A DNA stretch of 41,805 nucleotides from Candidatus Altiarchaeales archaeon (GTDB lineage Archaea > Altiarchaeota > Altiarchaeia > IMC4 > SCGC-AAA252-I15). The DNA lies in contig WJJK01000172.1 of NCBI GenBank assembly GCA_014729705.1, forward strand, positions 1-41,805, given 5' to 3'. The notes beneath the pieces were generated by a model, which worked only from the letters and a program-made list of their open reading frames with translations, made no database searches and was not told the DNA's origin. Every line of letters begins with the position of its first letter. The first letter of the stretch is position 1. The position numbers and the translations under genes were made by a program. This document shows positions 1 through 8,263 of the stretch, piece after piece.

Positions 1-56
1 ATCCAGCACTGTACTAGATATTGATACATACTTTTGTGTGTTCCTGTTTGAGACAT
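1..56 (-). CDS. 5' end of an unidentified CDS running off the left edge (first 18 codons MSQTGTHKSMYQYLVQCW)
   Basis: ATG at 56-54 on the minus strand. GAGGAG Shine-Dalgarno (plus-strand ctcctc, 61-66) lies 4 nt upstream. The frame is open to the window edge. Too short for a functional call. Confidence 0.3.
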   Translation of the reverse strand, partial: MSQTGTHKSMYQYLVQCW

Positions 57-120
57 CGTGCTCCTCACGTATAATATACAATTATGAACTATAGAAATTG
101 ATAACTTTCTTGCCTAAAAC

Positions 121-1266
121 CTAGGCACTCGAAGATGCTTCTTTTTTCAAGAATTCATCGACGGTATCAATGCAGAGCTTATTGATGGCTTTAGTGTCCG
201 AAGACCGGCGTAGCTTAGAAGATTTATACAACTCATCAAGACGAGCCTCGTCACTAGCAAATTCCTCGATTTTCTCATAGCTCCAGGCCCCATTACGGAT
301 AGCGACCAACTCTTCTGCATCAATATTCGTACGGTCAACATTCACCCGACCGGTTTCAAGGATCTCCTCACCCATCCTTTTGAGTCGAACTAAATGAGAG
401 GCGTGCTTCGTATCCAGGTGATACTTTTCTTCAAGAACCGCGCGTTTTTTGTTACGTGATTTTTTCCATTGCTGATAGCGCTTCCACTGCGACATTGCAT
501 CATAGTGTGCGAGCTCTTTTTTCGCCATATCCACGTACTCATCCTTGACGTACTGGGTCCCAAGGCTCAAAAACGCTTTTGCCTGAGACTTTACACCGAG
601 CTGGAACCATTCCATAGCAAGATTACGCTGCTCGGGGATAAGGAAACGAGACAGCAAAGGTACGACATAGTCTCCATAGATACCATCCAACTCAGTGATA
701 AAATTCTCACGCTCTTCCTCTACAATAGCCTCAATCGCGGCATAGCAGACGGCTTTTAGTTGAGATGTAGGAAAAAGAGGTTGTTCTGGAAGACCCATTT
801 CCTCTCTTGAAGGCGGAGCCTTTGGAGGATCGAGTAAAAATTTTCGATGAGTCTTAATTCTATTAAGCTGTGCAATCGCGTATCCCGAGAAAGTGTATCG
901 GCAGCGCTTTGATACAAAAAGGTCTCTGTCCTCTCTGATACGGTCCCAGTAGGGTGTCATCTTGATAATACACCTATCTGGTACCCATAGAAGATCCATC
1001 ATATTAGGATTGTTATCAGAAATGAGCTTCAGAGCCTTCCGGATGTCGTAGATGACTTTATCCTCTCCTGGAAAATCTCGATACTGCTCAAAACGATCGA
1101 AGCCATAGAAGTACTCTTTACCTGGGATCATAACACCGTTTTTATCGTAGTCCGACTGAGGGGTATGGATCCCGTAGGCCCTAGAGCCTACTACCGTTTC
1201 AAAAATGACTCTTGGCTGTACATACGAAAGCTCCACGATGATCTTCTCCTTCTTCAAAGTATACAA
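121..1266 (-). CDS. Pol-beta-superfamily nucleotidyltransferase (resembles the 'predicted nucleotidyltransferase' RlaP/YcgL-like family)
   Basis: N-terminal GSRAYGIHTPQSDYD fits the GS-x-x-YG...SD-x-D minimal nucleotidyltransferase signature. The longest ORF starts at TTG 1266. GTG 1236 has AAGGAG 8 nt upstream and is the more likely start. Confidence 0.7.
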   Translation of the reverse strand: MYTLKKEKIIVELSYVQPRVIFETVVGSRAYGIHTPQSDYDKNGVMIPGKEYFYGFDRFEQYRDFPGEDKVIYDIRKALKLISDNNPNMMDLLWVPDRCIIKMTPYWDRIREDRDLFVSKRCRYTFSGYAIAQLNRIKTHRKFLLDPPKAPPSREEMGLPEQPLFPTSQLKAVCYAAIEAIVEEERENFITELDGIYGDYVVPLLSRFLIPEQRNLAMEWFQLGVKSQAKAFLSLGTQYVKDEYVDMAKKELAHYDAMSQWKRYQQWKKSRNKKRAVLEEKYHLDTKHASHLVRLKRMGEEILETGRVNVDRTNIDAEELVAIRNGAWSYEKIEEFASDEARLDELYKSSKLRRSSDTKAINKLCIDTVDEFLKKEASSSA

Positions 1267-1474
1267 GATAATATACGATTTCAGCCACGAGACATAAACA
1301 ACTATATGGTAAGTTTATCCGGTTAAGCTATGGACGATTCTAAAAAATCCCTGCTTTTTTTCTTCTTATAGAAGTTCGATATTTCAGTTTACGAAACCAA
1401 AATCCGTAAGTATATTCTAGTGCTTTCACTGCACAAAATTTCTTAATAATGAACTAATACGAGCCTTAGGAATA

Positions 1475-1504
1475 GTGAAAAACCAGACTGATGTGAAGTA
1501 TAAT
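1475..1504 (+). promoter_or_regulatory. candidate sigma70-type promoter for the dut-amidase-nrdJ unit
   Basis: Perfect TATAAT at 1499-1504. GTGAAA (4/6 to TTGACA) at 1475-1480 with an 18-nt spacer. It lies 33 nt upstream of the dut ATG in a 270-nt divergent intergenic region. Confidence 0.35.
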
Positions 1505-1536
1505 ACACAATATCTAGTAGTAAGGAAGAATACTAT

Positions 1537-2031
1537 ATGCAAGATGTAGTGCCCTCTCTAAAAGTCACCAAAATCTTCCCCGATGCCGAAACACCTACAC
1601 GTGCGCATTCTACTGATTCAGGTTTAGATTTGCGTGCTTATCGCTTCGAAACACTGTTCACGCCAACAGGTCCTCTTGACGCAAGAGAGTCTAAAGAGAT
1701 CACACTACATATGCTGGATCGTGTTTTGATTAACACAGGCGTGAAGGCGACTGTAGGCCCAGGATACGAAATACAAATCAGGCCACGTAGCGGCCTTGCT
1801 GTTAAAAATGGCCTCACTGTTCTCAACACACCAGGCACGATAGACGAGTCCTACCGCGGACCACTCGGTGTGATCCTAATTAATGTCTCAAACACTCCTC
1901 ACAAAATTACAAAAGGAATGCGCATCGCACAGATGGTCGTATGTCCTGTAGTACTGTCTCCTGTACACCTAGTTGAGGATCTAGACGTGACCGTTAGAGG
2001 AGCCGGTGGCTTTGGAAGCACCGGAGCATAA
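1537..2031 (+). CDS. dut: dUTP diphosphatase (dUTPase)
   Basis: Classic trimeric dUTPase motifs: SGLDLRA, RPRSGLA, NTPGTIDESYRGPLGVILIN, RIAQMVV and C-terminal RGAGGFGSTG. AAGGAAG RBS upstream. Confidence 0.95.
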   Translation: MQDVVPSLKVTKIFPDAETPTRAHSTDSGLDLRAYRFETLFTPTGPLDARESKEITLHMLDRVLINTGVKATVGPGYEIQIRPRSGLAVKNGLTVLNTPGTIDESYRGPLGVILINVSNTPHKITKGMRIAQMVVCPVVLSPVHLVEDLDVTVRGAGGFGSTGA

Positions 2032-2033
2032 CT

Positions 2034-2732
2034 ATGTCAGACCCAAAAATAATCCAAAAACCCAGCCCCTTTTGTCATACCAGACCCAGCAGATACCCGC
2101 TGGATATGATAATCATTCATCATATAGGCTCGAAGGCAAACAAGCTCTATAAAGTATCAGGGGCTATTGCGTGGTTCACTAATGAAGAACTTCATAGAAA
2201 TAAAAAAACCGGAAAGATAGAGAATAAAGTAAGCGCGCATTACGTGATCCCGCGGGTCCCGTACCTTAGTGCCGACATCGTTCAATGTGTCCAAGATACC
2301 GACGTAGCTTATCATGCTGGCGTGTCTCAGTGGACTGTTGATGGCACTCTACGTAAAGGGATCAACAACTATTCTATAGGGATAGAGCTCGAGGGCGACG
2401 GTAATATCATTGAGTATACTGATTATCAGTATGAGCAGCTTACGTGGCTTGTTAGAGACCTTATGTCCAGACACGGAGTTATAGATGAGAATATACTAGG
2501 ACACGAAGATATCGCCCCTAGTAGAAAAGTAGACCCCGGTATTCTTTTTGACTGGAAAAGACTCCGTAAGGAAGTAAACCCACCAACACTTTTCACCATG
2601 CCTGAGGTCGTGGTGAAGGGAGAGTCGCCTCAAGTTGATGATAAAGAGTTTTCCATGGAGAGCGGCGACACTCCTTCATCGTTTTTCTCTTTGTTTTTGG
2701 ATCTAATATCGAAACTTTTCGGTAAAAGCTAA
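2034..2732 (+). CDS. N-acetylmuramoyl-L-alanine amidase (Amidase_2/PGRP-type endolysin) with a C-terminal amphipathic helix
   Basis: IIHHIG, AHYVI, AYHAG, NNYSIGIELEG and GHEDIAPSRKVDPG match the zinc amidase_2 fold. GGAG RBS upstream. The tail is PSSFFSLFLDLISKLFGKS. Confidence 0.9.
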   Translation: MSDPKIIQKPSPFCHTRPSRYPLDMIIIHHIGSKANKLYKVSGAIAWFTNEELHRNKKTGKIENKVSAHYVIPRVPYLSADIVQCVQDTDVAYHAGVSQWTVDGTLRKGINNYSIGIELEGDGNIIEYTDYQYEQLTWLVRDLMSRHGVIDENILGHEDIAPSRKVDPGILFDWKRLRKEVNPPTLFTMPEVVVKGESPQVDDKEFSMESGDTPSSFFSLFLDLISKLFGKS

Positions 2733-2771
2733 TCGTTTTCGTAACCACCCTTTTATAGAAAGAGGTGTGAT

Positions 2772-5700
2772 GTGTCTATTTTTCGTACAGAGTTAGCGTA
2801 TGAGAACTGGCTTAACAAATACCGCTACAAAAATGAAACCCCCCTCGAGACATTCCAGCGCGTAGCCAGAGCCCTCGCTTCTGTCGAGAAGGATCCTGCT
2901 CTCTGGGAAGACAAATTCCTGCGCACTCTCGTGAAATTCGGAAGTGGTGCAGATAAAGATGAACCTATAGGATTGAAGAGCACAACTGGTGGCCGCATTA
3001 CAGCCAACATTGGTACCGACTTCAAACATGCCACCTTGATGAACTGCTACATCTCAGGCCCAGTCTCTGGCGCAACTATCAACTATAAGAGAAAAACAGC
3101 AGACGGTAAAGTCGGGCACGACGTCACAATGAAAACAGACGAAAGCCCTGATGACCTCGTCAATATCTTCCTTACTCTCATGGAGCAGGCTAAGACACTT
3201 GCCTCCGAGGGTGGGTATGGAATGAACTTCGACTGGATACGTCCTCGTGGAGCTCTTATAAAAGGTACTGGTATTAAACATCCCGGTGTCGTCTCTTATA
3301 TGAAGGTGTGGGATGCCGTTTCTGAATGTATCGTCAAGGGCACAAACGACGGCTATGTTGGCCGTCTCACAAACTACCTGAAAATGACAGAGGATTTTCT
3401 CGGAGATAACTTCGAAGCGGCTAAGGAGGCTACGAACGCTGTTAAGGTGATGACGCGTAAGGGTGCTATGATGGGCGCTCTTAGCTGCTGGCATCCTGAC
3501 ATCGAAGAGTTTGTCCGTGCGAAGCAAACATCTGGAGTGCTTACGAAATTCAACATTTCAGTACTCATGACTGATGATTTTCTTCGGTGTGTTGAAAAAG
3601 ATGGCCTATACCAGCTTGAGTTTGAAGGGACCGTGTATAAAGTAGTGAAGGCTCGTGAGCTGTATGACCTTATCATGGAGTCCTGCTACAACCGCGGGGA
3701 GCCTGGTGTACTTTTTGTCGACAATATGCATCGTAACAACCCTGTTGCCTACCTGGGGAAGGCCTCGTGCTCCAACCCGTGTGTACGAAAAGGGACGCCC
3801 GTGGTTACTTCTGACGGGATCAAGTCTGTGGAAGAGGTTAAGAAAGGGGATAAGATACAGACTACTTTAGGTTTTGAGCCTGTACACTCAATCGAGGTAC
3901 ACGACTTCGAACCAATCTATCAAGTTGAATTCACAGACGGGTTTTCACTCGATGTCACAGCGGGGCACATATTCCACAGCCAAGTATGCTCTGGAGAAAC
4001 ACGTAAGAGATGGGACAGTGATAGAAGACTCGACGAACTTCGCGTGGGTGACTATGTTCGTAAAGAGCCATATCGATATGTGCCTAACGGACAACCAGAA
4101 TGGACGCGTGATGATGGATTCTTTGCAGGGATCTATTTAGGCAACGGACACGTAGACGCCAATGACCAGGTCTGTTTATCTGTTGATAAACGAGTTGACT
4201 GCTCTTACATTACTGACCTGTGCGACAAATACGCATACCCACACTGGTTCGATGATTCCTCGGAAGAGAATTCCAGAAAGATCGTAATTGCAGGTAAGAA
4301 AAGCTGCCACGGGTCACTTCATTCCGTACTTGAGAGTCTGGGGATCGACCTCACGCAGAAAAACTTCGAGAAGACCGAGAAGACTTTCCCGGTCTCATGG
4401 ATGAATACAAACCCTGAGTTTCTCAAAGGGGTCTTGGATGGACTTCTTTGCTCGAGTGGAAACGTAAACGAGACGTCACGATACCCTCAAATCCGGTTCA
4501 AGAGTACTTCGTTAAACCTTCACTCTATGATGCGACATTTGATGCTTTTTTTTGGGGCAGACTACAAACTCCACCCCCCGTCTGAAGCAGGAAAGATGCA
4601 TATCATCGATGGCCACGAAGTGAAAAGAGAGAATGACTGCTTCGAAGGTATTATAGACAACGACTCGATACTGAACGTCTACCGCGCGTTGGGAAGGCTT
4701 TCAGAACCTTCAAAAAACGAAGCCCTGAAGAGAATAATAAAGACGCGACCTCTTAATGGCGTAAGGTGGAGAACAAAGGTCTCTAACATACGCGATCTCG
4801 ACACACAAGACACCGTTTATGACCTATACACAAAGGATTCCGATGACTGGAACACGTGTGGAATCATAAGCCGGGGGTGCGGAGAAATACCGGGGCTTGC
4901 AGCTCTCACGACTGTGTGCCTCCTGGGTTCTCTCAACATGACTCAGTACATTGAGATCGATGAGAGGCGTAAGCCTTATTTCGACTGGGAGACATATCAA
5001 GAGGACATCAAAATCCTTACACGTATGCTCGACAATGTGAACGACCTGACGTACAACTCGTTGCCTTCATATCAATGGGCTACCGAGAATTTGCGACAGT
5101 TCGGCATGGGTCTAAACGGTCTGGGCTCTGCCCTTATTATGCTAGGCATCCCGTACAACTCGAAACGAGCCCTTGACTTTGTTGAGAAGGCGTGCTCTTT
5201 GAAGGAGAACTTGACCTGGCAGACTTCAGCTCTTCTTGCAAAAGAAAAAAGCACATTCCCAGCCTATGACAAGAAAGCATTTGAGAGTACAGAGTATTTT
5301 AAATCAGACCGAATTACAGAAGAAACAAAAAAGATGCTTCGAAAATACGGGGCGCGTAACGCAAAAACTACTACGAACCCACCTCTAGGTAACTCTTCAG
5401 TAATCTGTAATAACGTCTCAAATGGAATCGAACCTGTTTTTAATCTAGAGTATGAGCGCGTTGTGATTGCTAAAGAGTGGCCAGAGGGTCTTACAGAGGA
5501 CAACATTAGGGGCCTCTTAGAACACCATAAAGAAAAGGATTTCGAATATTGGCGCGGTGAGTACAAAGGAAGAACCTATCACTACGAGCCCAAAAATAGA
5601 GGTCTATGCTGCGTTCATGTAGAACAAGACTATGGCTATCGGTGGGTACTCGAAAACTTCCCAAACAAAGATCATAGTAAGTATCTCAAGACTACCGATG

Positions 5701-6479
5701 ACCTTACTGTTAAAGATCATATCAATATCCAAAAAGTTGTTCAGTACTACTGTAACCAGGCTGTCTCAAAAACTAGCAACCTTCCATTTGACTATCCTTT
5801 TGATGATTTCAGGAATCTTTATCTAAAAGCCTGGAAGAAAGGACTTAACGGATTCACAACGTACCGTAAAGATTCAATGGAAGCGGTTATGTCGGACATC
5901 AAAGATGCCGAGCGCAGTCGCGAGATTATCTCTCGAGACATTAAACTTCCAGATGTTTTCCTTAATGGTCCGATGAGTGTTATCAAAAAGGAAGGGTACA
6001 AATTCTATATCAACTTCTCATACCTGCCGGAAGATTCGAAGATGGAGTTCCCGGTAGTGATGTGGATACAGACGAATGCCAAGTACAAAGGTGACGAGCT
6101 CCGTACATGCAACATGGCTGCTCGGAATCTGGGGAAGCTTGCCCTTGCTCGAGGTATCGATGAGGATATCGTGAAGGAAACTGTGGCAAAAGCTCGAACG
6201 GACTACCCACATAACAGGTTGGGACGCCTAGTATCTTTATGCCTACGCCATAACATCCCGAGGCAGGACATACTTATTTCTCTGATGAACATAGATGGAG
6301 ATAACATATCAACATTGCTTACTGCAGTACGGAAATTCCTTGCACAGACGCTCGATGAAGGGACAGTCCTCAAAGGGGTCAGATGTGAAAACCCTGACTG
6401 TACCGGTACCGGAGACAACGTAGTTATGGAGTCGGGGTGTAAAAAGTGCATGGATTGTGGTTGGAGTGGTTGTGGATAA
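2772..6479 (+). CDS. nrdJ: class II (adenosylcobalamin-dependent) ribonucleotide reductase NrdJ, interrupted by a 366-aa intein; C-terminal Cys-rich zinc-ribbon tail
   Basis: The exteins rejoin to ...GKASCSNP|CGEIPGL..., the class II RNR active-site finger-loop motif NPCGE. The extein totals about 869 aa. The C-terminal tail is CENPDCTGTG...CKKCMDCGWSGCG. GTG start with GAGG upstream. Confidence 0.9.
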   Translation: MSIFRTELAYENWLNKYRYKNETPLETFQRVARALASVEKDPALWEDKFLRTLVKFGSGADKDEPIGLKSTTGGRITANIGTDFKHATLMNCYISGPVSGATINYKRKTADGKVGHDVTMKTDESPDDLVNIFLTLMEQAKTLASEGGYGMNFDWIRPRGALIKGTGIKHPGVVSYMKVWDAVSECIVKGTNDGYVGRLTNYLKMTEDFLGDNFEAAKEATNAVKVMTRKGAMMGALSCWHPDIEEFVRAKQTSGVLTKFNISVLMTDDFLRCVEKDGLYQLEFEGTVYKVVKARELYDLIMESCYNRGEPGVLFVDNMHRNNPVAYLGKASCSNPCVRKGTPVVTSDGIKSVEEVKKGDKIQTTLGFEPVHSIEVHDFEPIYQVEFTDGFSLDVTAGHIFHSQVCSGETRKRWDSDRRLDELRVGDYVRKEPYRYVPNGQPEWTRDDGFFAGIYLGNGHVDANDQVCLSVDKRVDCSYITDLCDKYAYPHWFDDSSEENSRKIVIAGKKSCHGSLHSVLESLGIDLTQKNFEKTEKTFPVSWMNTNPEFLKGVLDGLLCSSGNVNETSRYPQIRFKSTSLNLHSMMRHLMLFFGADYKLHPPSEAGKMHIIDGHEVKRENDCFEGIIDNDSILNVYRALGRLSEPSKNEALKRIIKTRPLNGVRWRTKVSNIRDLDTQDTVYDLYTKDSDDWNTCGIISRGCGEIPGLAALTTVCLLGSLNMTQYIEIDERRKPYFDWETYQEDIKILTRMLDNVNDLTYNSLPSYQWATENLRQFGMGLNGLGSALIMLGIPYNSKRALDFVEKACSLKENLTWQTSALLAKEKSTFPAYDKKAFESTEYFKSDRITEETKKMLRKYGARNAKTTTNPPLGNSSVICNNVSNGIEPVFNLEYERVVIAKEWPEGLTEDNIRGLLEHHKEKDFEYWRGEYKGRTYHYEPKNRGLCCVHVEQDYGYRWVLENFPNKDHSKYLKTTDDLTVKDHINIQKVVQYYCNQAVSKTSNLPFDYPFDDFRNLYLKAWKKGLNGFTTYRKDSMEAVMSDIKDAERSREIISRDIKLPDVFLNGPMSVIKKEGYKFYINFSYLPEDSKMEFPVVMWIQTNAKYKGDELRTCNMAARNLGKLALARGIDEDIVKETVAKARTDYPHNRLGRLVSLCLRHNIPRQDILISLMNIDGDNISTLLTAVRKFLAQTLDEGTVLKGVRCENPDCTGTGDNVVMESGCKKCMDCGWSGCG
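3780..4877 (+). mobile_element. intein (366 aa) in the NPC|GE active site of NrdJ, carrying a degenerate LAGLIDADG homing-endonuclease domain
   Basis: Block A is CVRKGTPVVTSDGIKSVEEVKKGDKI. Block B is LDVTAGHIFH (T-x-x-H). Blocks F/G are VYDLYTKDSDDWNTCGIISRG followed by the +1 Cys. LAGLIDADG-like motifs are FFAGIYLGNGHV (4116-4154) and FLKGVLDGLLCSSGNV (4419-4466), both lacking the usual acidic residue. Confidence 0.85.
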
Positions 6480-6504
6480 TGGATAATTAAATCCGGAGGT
6501 CAGA

Positions 6505-6660
6505 ATGCCTGAAAAGAAGTGTCAAAACCCTAACTGTGATAAGACCTACCACGTAAATGAGAACGAACAGGATGATGGATTCTGCTGCTATGCCTGTTGG
6601 GAAGAGGTGAACTGCAAAGAACCCGAAAAAATCATCGACAAGGAGTTTGTGCTAGACTAA
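6505..6660 (+). CDS. small Cys-rich (zinc-ribbon-like) protein, 51 aa; not in the supplied ORF track
   Basis: ATG 6505 follows GGAGG (6496-6500) at good spacing. Product is MPEKKCQNPNCDKTYHVNENEQDDGFCCYACWEEVNCKEPEKIIDKEFVLD. Its first Cys pair is a near copy of the NrdJ tail. Confidence 0.45.
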   Translation: MPEKKCQNPNCDKTYHVNENEQDDGFCCYACWEEVNCKEPEKIIDKEFVLD

Positions 6661-6673
6661 TTAGAAATGAAGA

Positions 6674-6697
6674 AGGGGCCCTCTTTTGAGGGCCCCT
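6674..6697. terminator. bidirectional stem-loop terminator between convergent nrdJ/small-ORF and rnhB
   Basis: Perfect 10-bp GC-rich stem AGGGGCCCTC / GAGGGCCCCT with a TTTT loop. It sits where plus- and minus-strand units converge. A T-rich tract follows on the minus strand. Confidence 0.6.
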
Positions 6698-7304
6698 ATT
6701 CTACAAACTTCTTACAGAAGCTCTTCCTGTGAATCTCAGATAATCCCCAACGTCGTATCAATTCTATATGCTTTTTTGTAGGATATCCTTTATGGGTCTC
6801 GAACTCATAAAGAGGATATAGGTTTGAGGATTTACGCATAAGTGAGTCTCGTTTTGTTTTCGCTAAAATAGATGCCACGGCGATAGAGGCACTAAGACTA
6901 TCTCCTTTTATGATAGTCTTCTGCCGTTCCTCAGGGAAATTCGGTATGGATTTGTTACCATCTACCAAAACAAGCATATCGTCTCTATGAGACCAATGTT
7001 TGACACAGTTAAACATACCATAGAGTGTGGCTTGTAGGATATTTATGCGATCGATGAGGTCTTCATTTACGATGCTAACTAAAGAAACAAGCGCTTTTGC
7101 TTCTATAGTGTGGGCGAGAGCTTCTCTTTTACGCTCTGAGAGCTTCTTAGAGTCCCGGATACCCTCTATAGGGTCCTCAAGGTCCAGTACCACTGAGGAG
7201 ATTACTAGGGGCCCTGCCAAAGGGCCCCTACCGGCTTCGTCTACGCCAACAACGTAGCGGGCTCCCGTTTCACGTATGATTTTTCGATCGTGCTCGTACA
7301 GCAT
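6696..7304 (-). CDS. rnhB: ribonuclease HII
   Basis: VGVDEAGRGPLAGPLV, DSKKLS and the C-terminal HKGYPTKKH are canonical RNase HII motifs. Confidence 0.9.
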   Translation of the reverse strand: MLYEHDRKIIRETGARYVVGVDEAGRGPLAGPLVISSVVLDLEDPIEGIRDSKKLSERKREALAHTIEAKALVSLVSIVNEDLIDRINILQATLYGMFNCVKHWSHRDDMLVLVDGNKSIPNFPEERQKTIIKGDSLSASIAVASILAKTKRDSLMRKSSNLYPLYEFETHKGYPTKKHIELIRRWGLSEIHRKSFCKKFVE

Positions 7305-8202
7305 CTTTTATTCTCGGTTTCTCAATTTCTAGTATCTTCTTATACATTTTTTTAGTTTCATCTGTCAGAAGAGGCGCGATCTCTACAAAGCTAAGTTTAA
7401 TGCCGCGCTGTAGAGATGGCCGTATTTCATCTATTATATATGTTTCCGTGGTATTTGGCAAGATATGATAGGTAAGAATCCTGCCGAAAACACTTATTCT
7501 AGATCTGTCTCCTAAAATCCTCTGCACAGGGAGTACGGGTACATTAGTACAAAAATTATTACCCTCTATGTGAAATCGAGGATGTTTGGCAATTTTTAAG
7601 CTCAAGATTAGATCTCCGCAGGATCCATCTGTTTGTATGTTTCCTTTTCCTTTGAGGACTACAGTTCTTTTATAGTATGACCTTAGATTCACCAGGAATG
7701 TACATTCCACTACTTCATTAGTACGCTTGGTGCCTATACAGCTCTGACACGGTTTACCTGTGTACCCTAATCCAGAGCAGATAGGACAGACTGAACTACG
7801 CCCCATAAGGTCCAGAACGTTGCTTTCTATACGCCCGGTGCCCTTACATGTAGCACATAAGCCCTCTGGTCCAAGCTCTGACCCGGTGCCTAAGCAAGAA
7901 GTACATGGAGCGTTCCTCTCTATTTTTACCGTTTTCTTTCGCGCAAAATAGATATCTTCGAGTCTAATTTCTACGGGAGTGTCCAGGTAGCTCGGGAGGT
8001 TATCTACATCTACAGGCTTTTTTAGAAGGCTTGGGTCCTTTAATATAGCCTCGTATGCTTCCTGCATAGCAATGAATCCGGCGGTTTGATCATTTCCCGG
8101 ATTCTTATCAGGATGGTACCGTTTGCATAATGTCCTGTGGCGGGCTTTGGCGTCCTCAAGAGAGTCGCCTGGTCGCAACCCCAAAATTGAGAGCGCGTCC
8201 AT
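7270..8202 (-). CDS. dnaJ: DnaJ-like co-chaperone (J domain + four CxxCxGxG zinc-finger repeats + C-terminal domain; no Gly/Phe linker)
   Basis: The J domain carries YHPDKNPG. The zinc repeats are CTSCLGTG, CATCKGTG, CPICSGLG and CQSCIGTK. Confidence 0.85.
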   Translation of the reverse strand: MDALSILGLRPGDSLEDAKARHRTLCKRYHPDKNPGNDQTAGFIAMQEAYEAILKDPSLLKKPVDVDNLPSYLDTPVEIRLEDIYFARKKTVKIERNAPCTSCLGTGSELGPEGLCATCKGTGRIESNVLDLMGRSSVCPICSGLGYTGKPCQSCIGTKRTNEVVECTFLVNLRSYYKRTVVLKGKGNIQTDGSCGDLILSLKIAKHPRFHIEGNNFCTNVPVLPVQRILGDRSRISVFGRILTYHILPNTTETYIIDEIRPSLQRGIKLSFVEIAPLLTDETKKMYKKILEIEKPRIKDAVRARSKNHT

Positions 8203-8222
8203 ATATTATCTCTATTTGTAGT

Positions 8223-8249
8223 GGGTATGGGAGGATACCTCCCATACCC
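8223..8249 (-). terminator. perfect 12-bp stem-loop between the 162-aa gene and dnaJ (terminator or RNA processing/stability element)
   Basis: GGGTATGGGAGG-ATA-CCTCCCATACCC. No U-tract follows on either strand, so classification as an intrinsic terminator is uncertain. Confidence 0.4.
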
Positions 8250-8263
8250 GTATGTGGCCTAGA

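Noticed and set aside
4851-4877. An alternative intein C-terminus at …DSDDWN|T (Asn at 4851-4853 with a +1 Thr), which would give a canonical terminal Asn.
   Set aside because: It would truncate block G after VYDL+9 residues, removing the final beta-strands. It would also leave eight extra residues (TCGIISRG) inside the NPCGE catalytic loop. The full-length alignment to …NGI-x-V-HN fits better.
2793-6451. Numerous 60-157-aa minus-strand and off-frame ORFs inside nrdJ. Similar antisense ORFs occur inside recA, recD, the SSB candidate, the acidic-tail gene, dnaX and others.
   Set aside because: Each is fully embedded in a longer gene with strong motif support on the other strand or frame. They lack RBSs and have low-complexity products, so they are treated as spurious.
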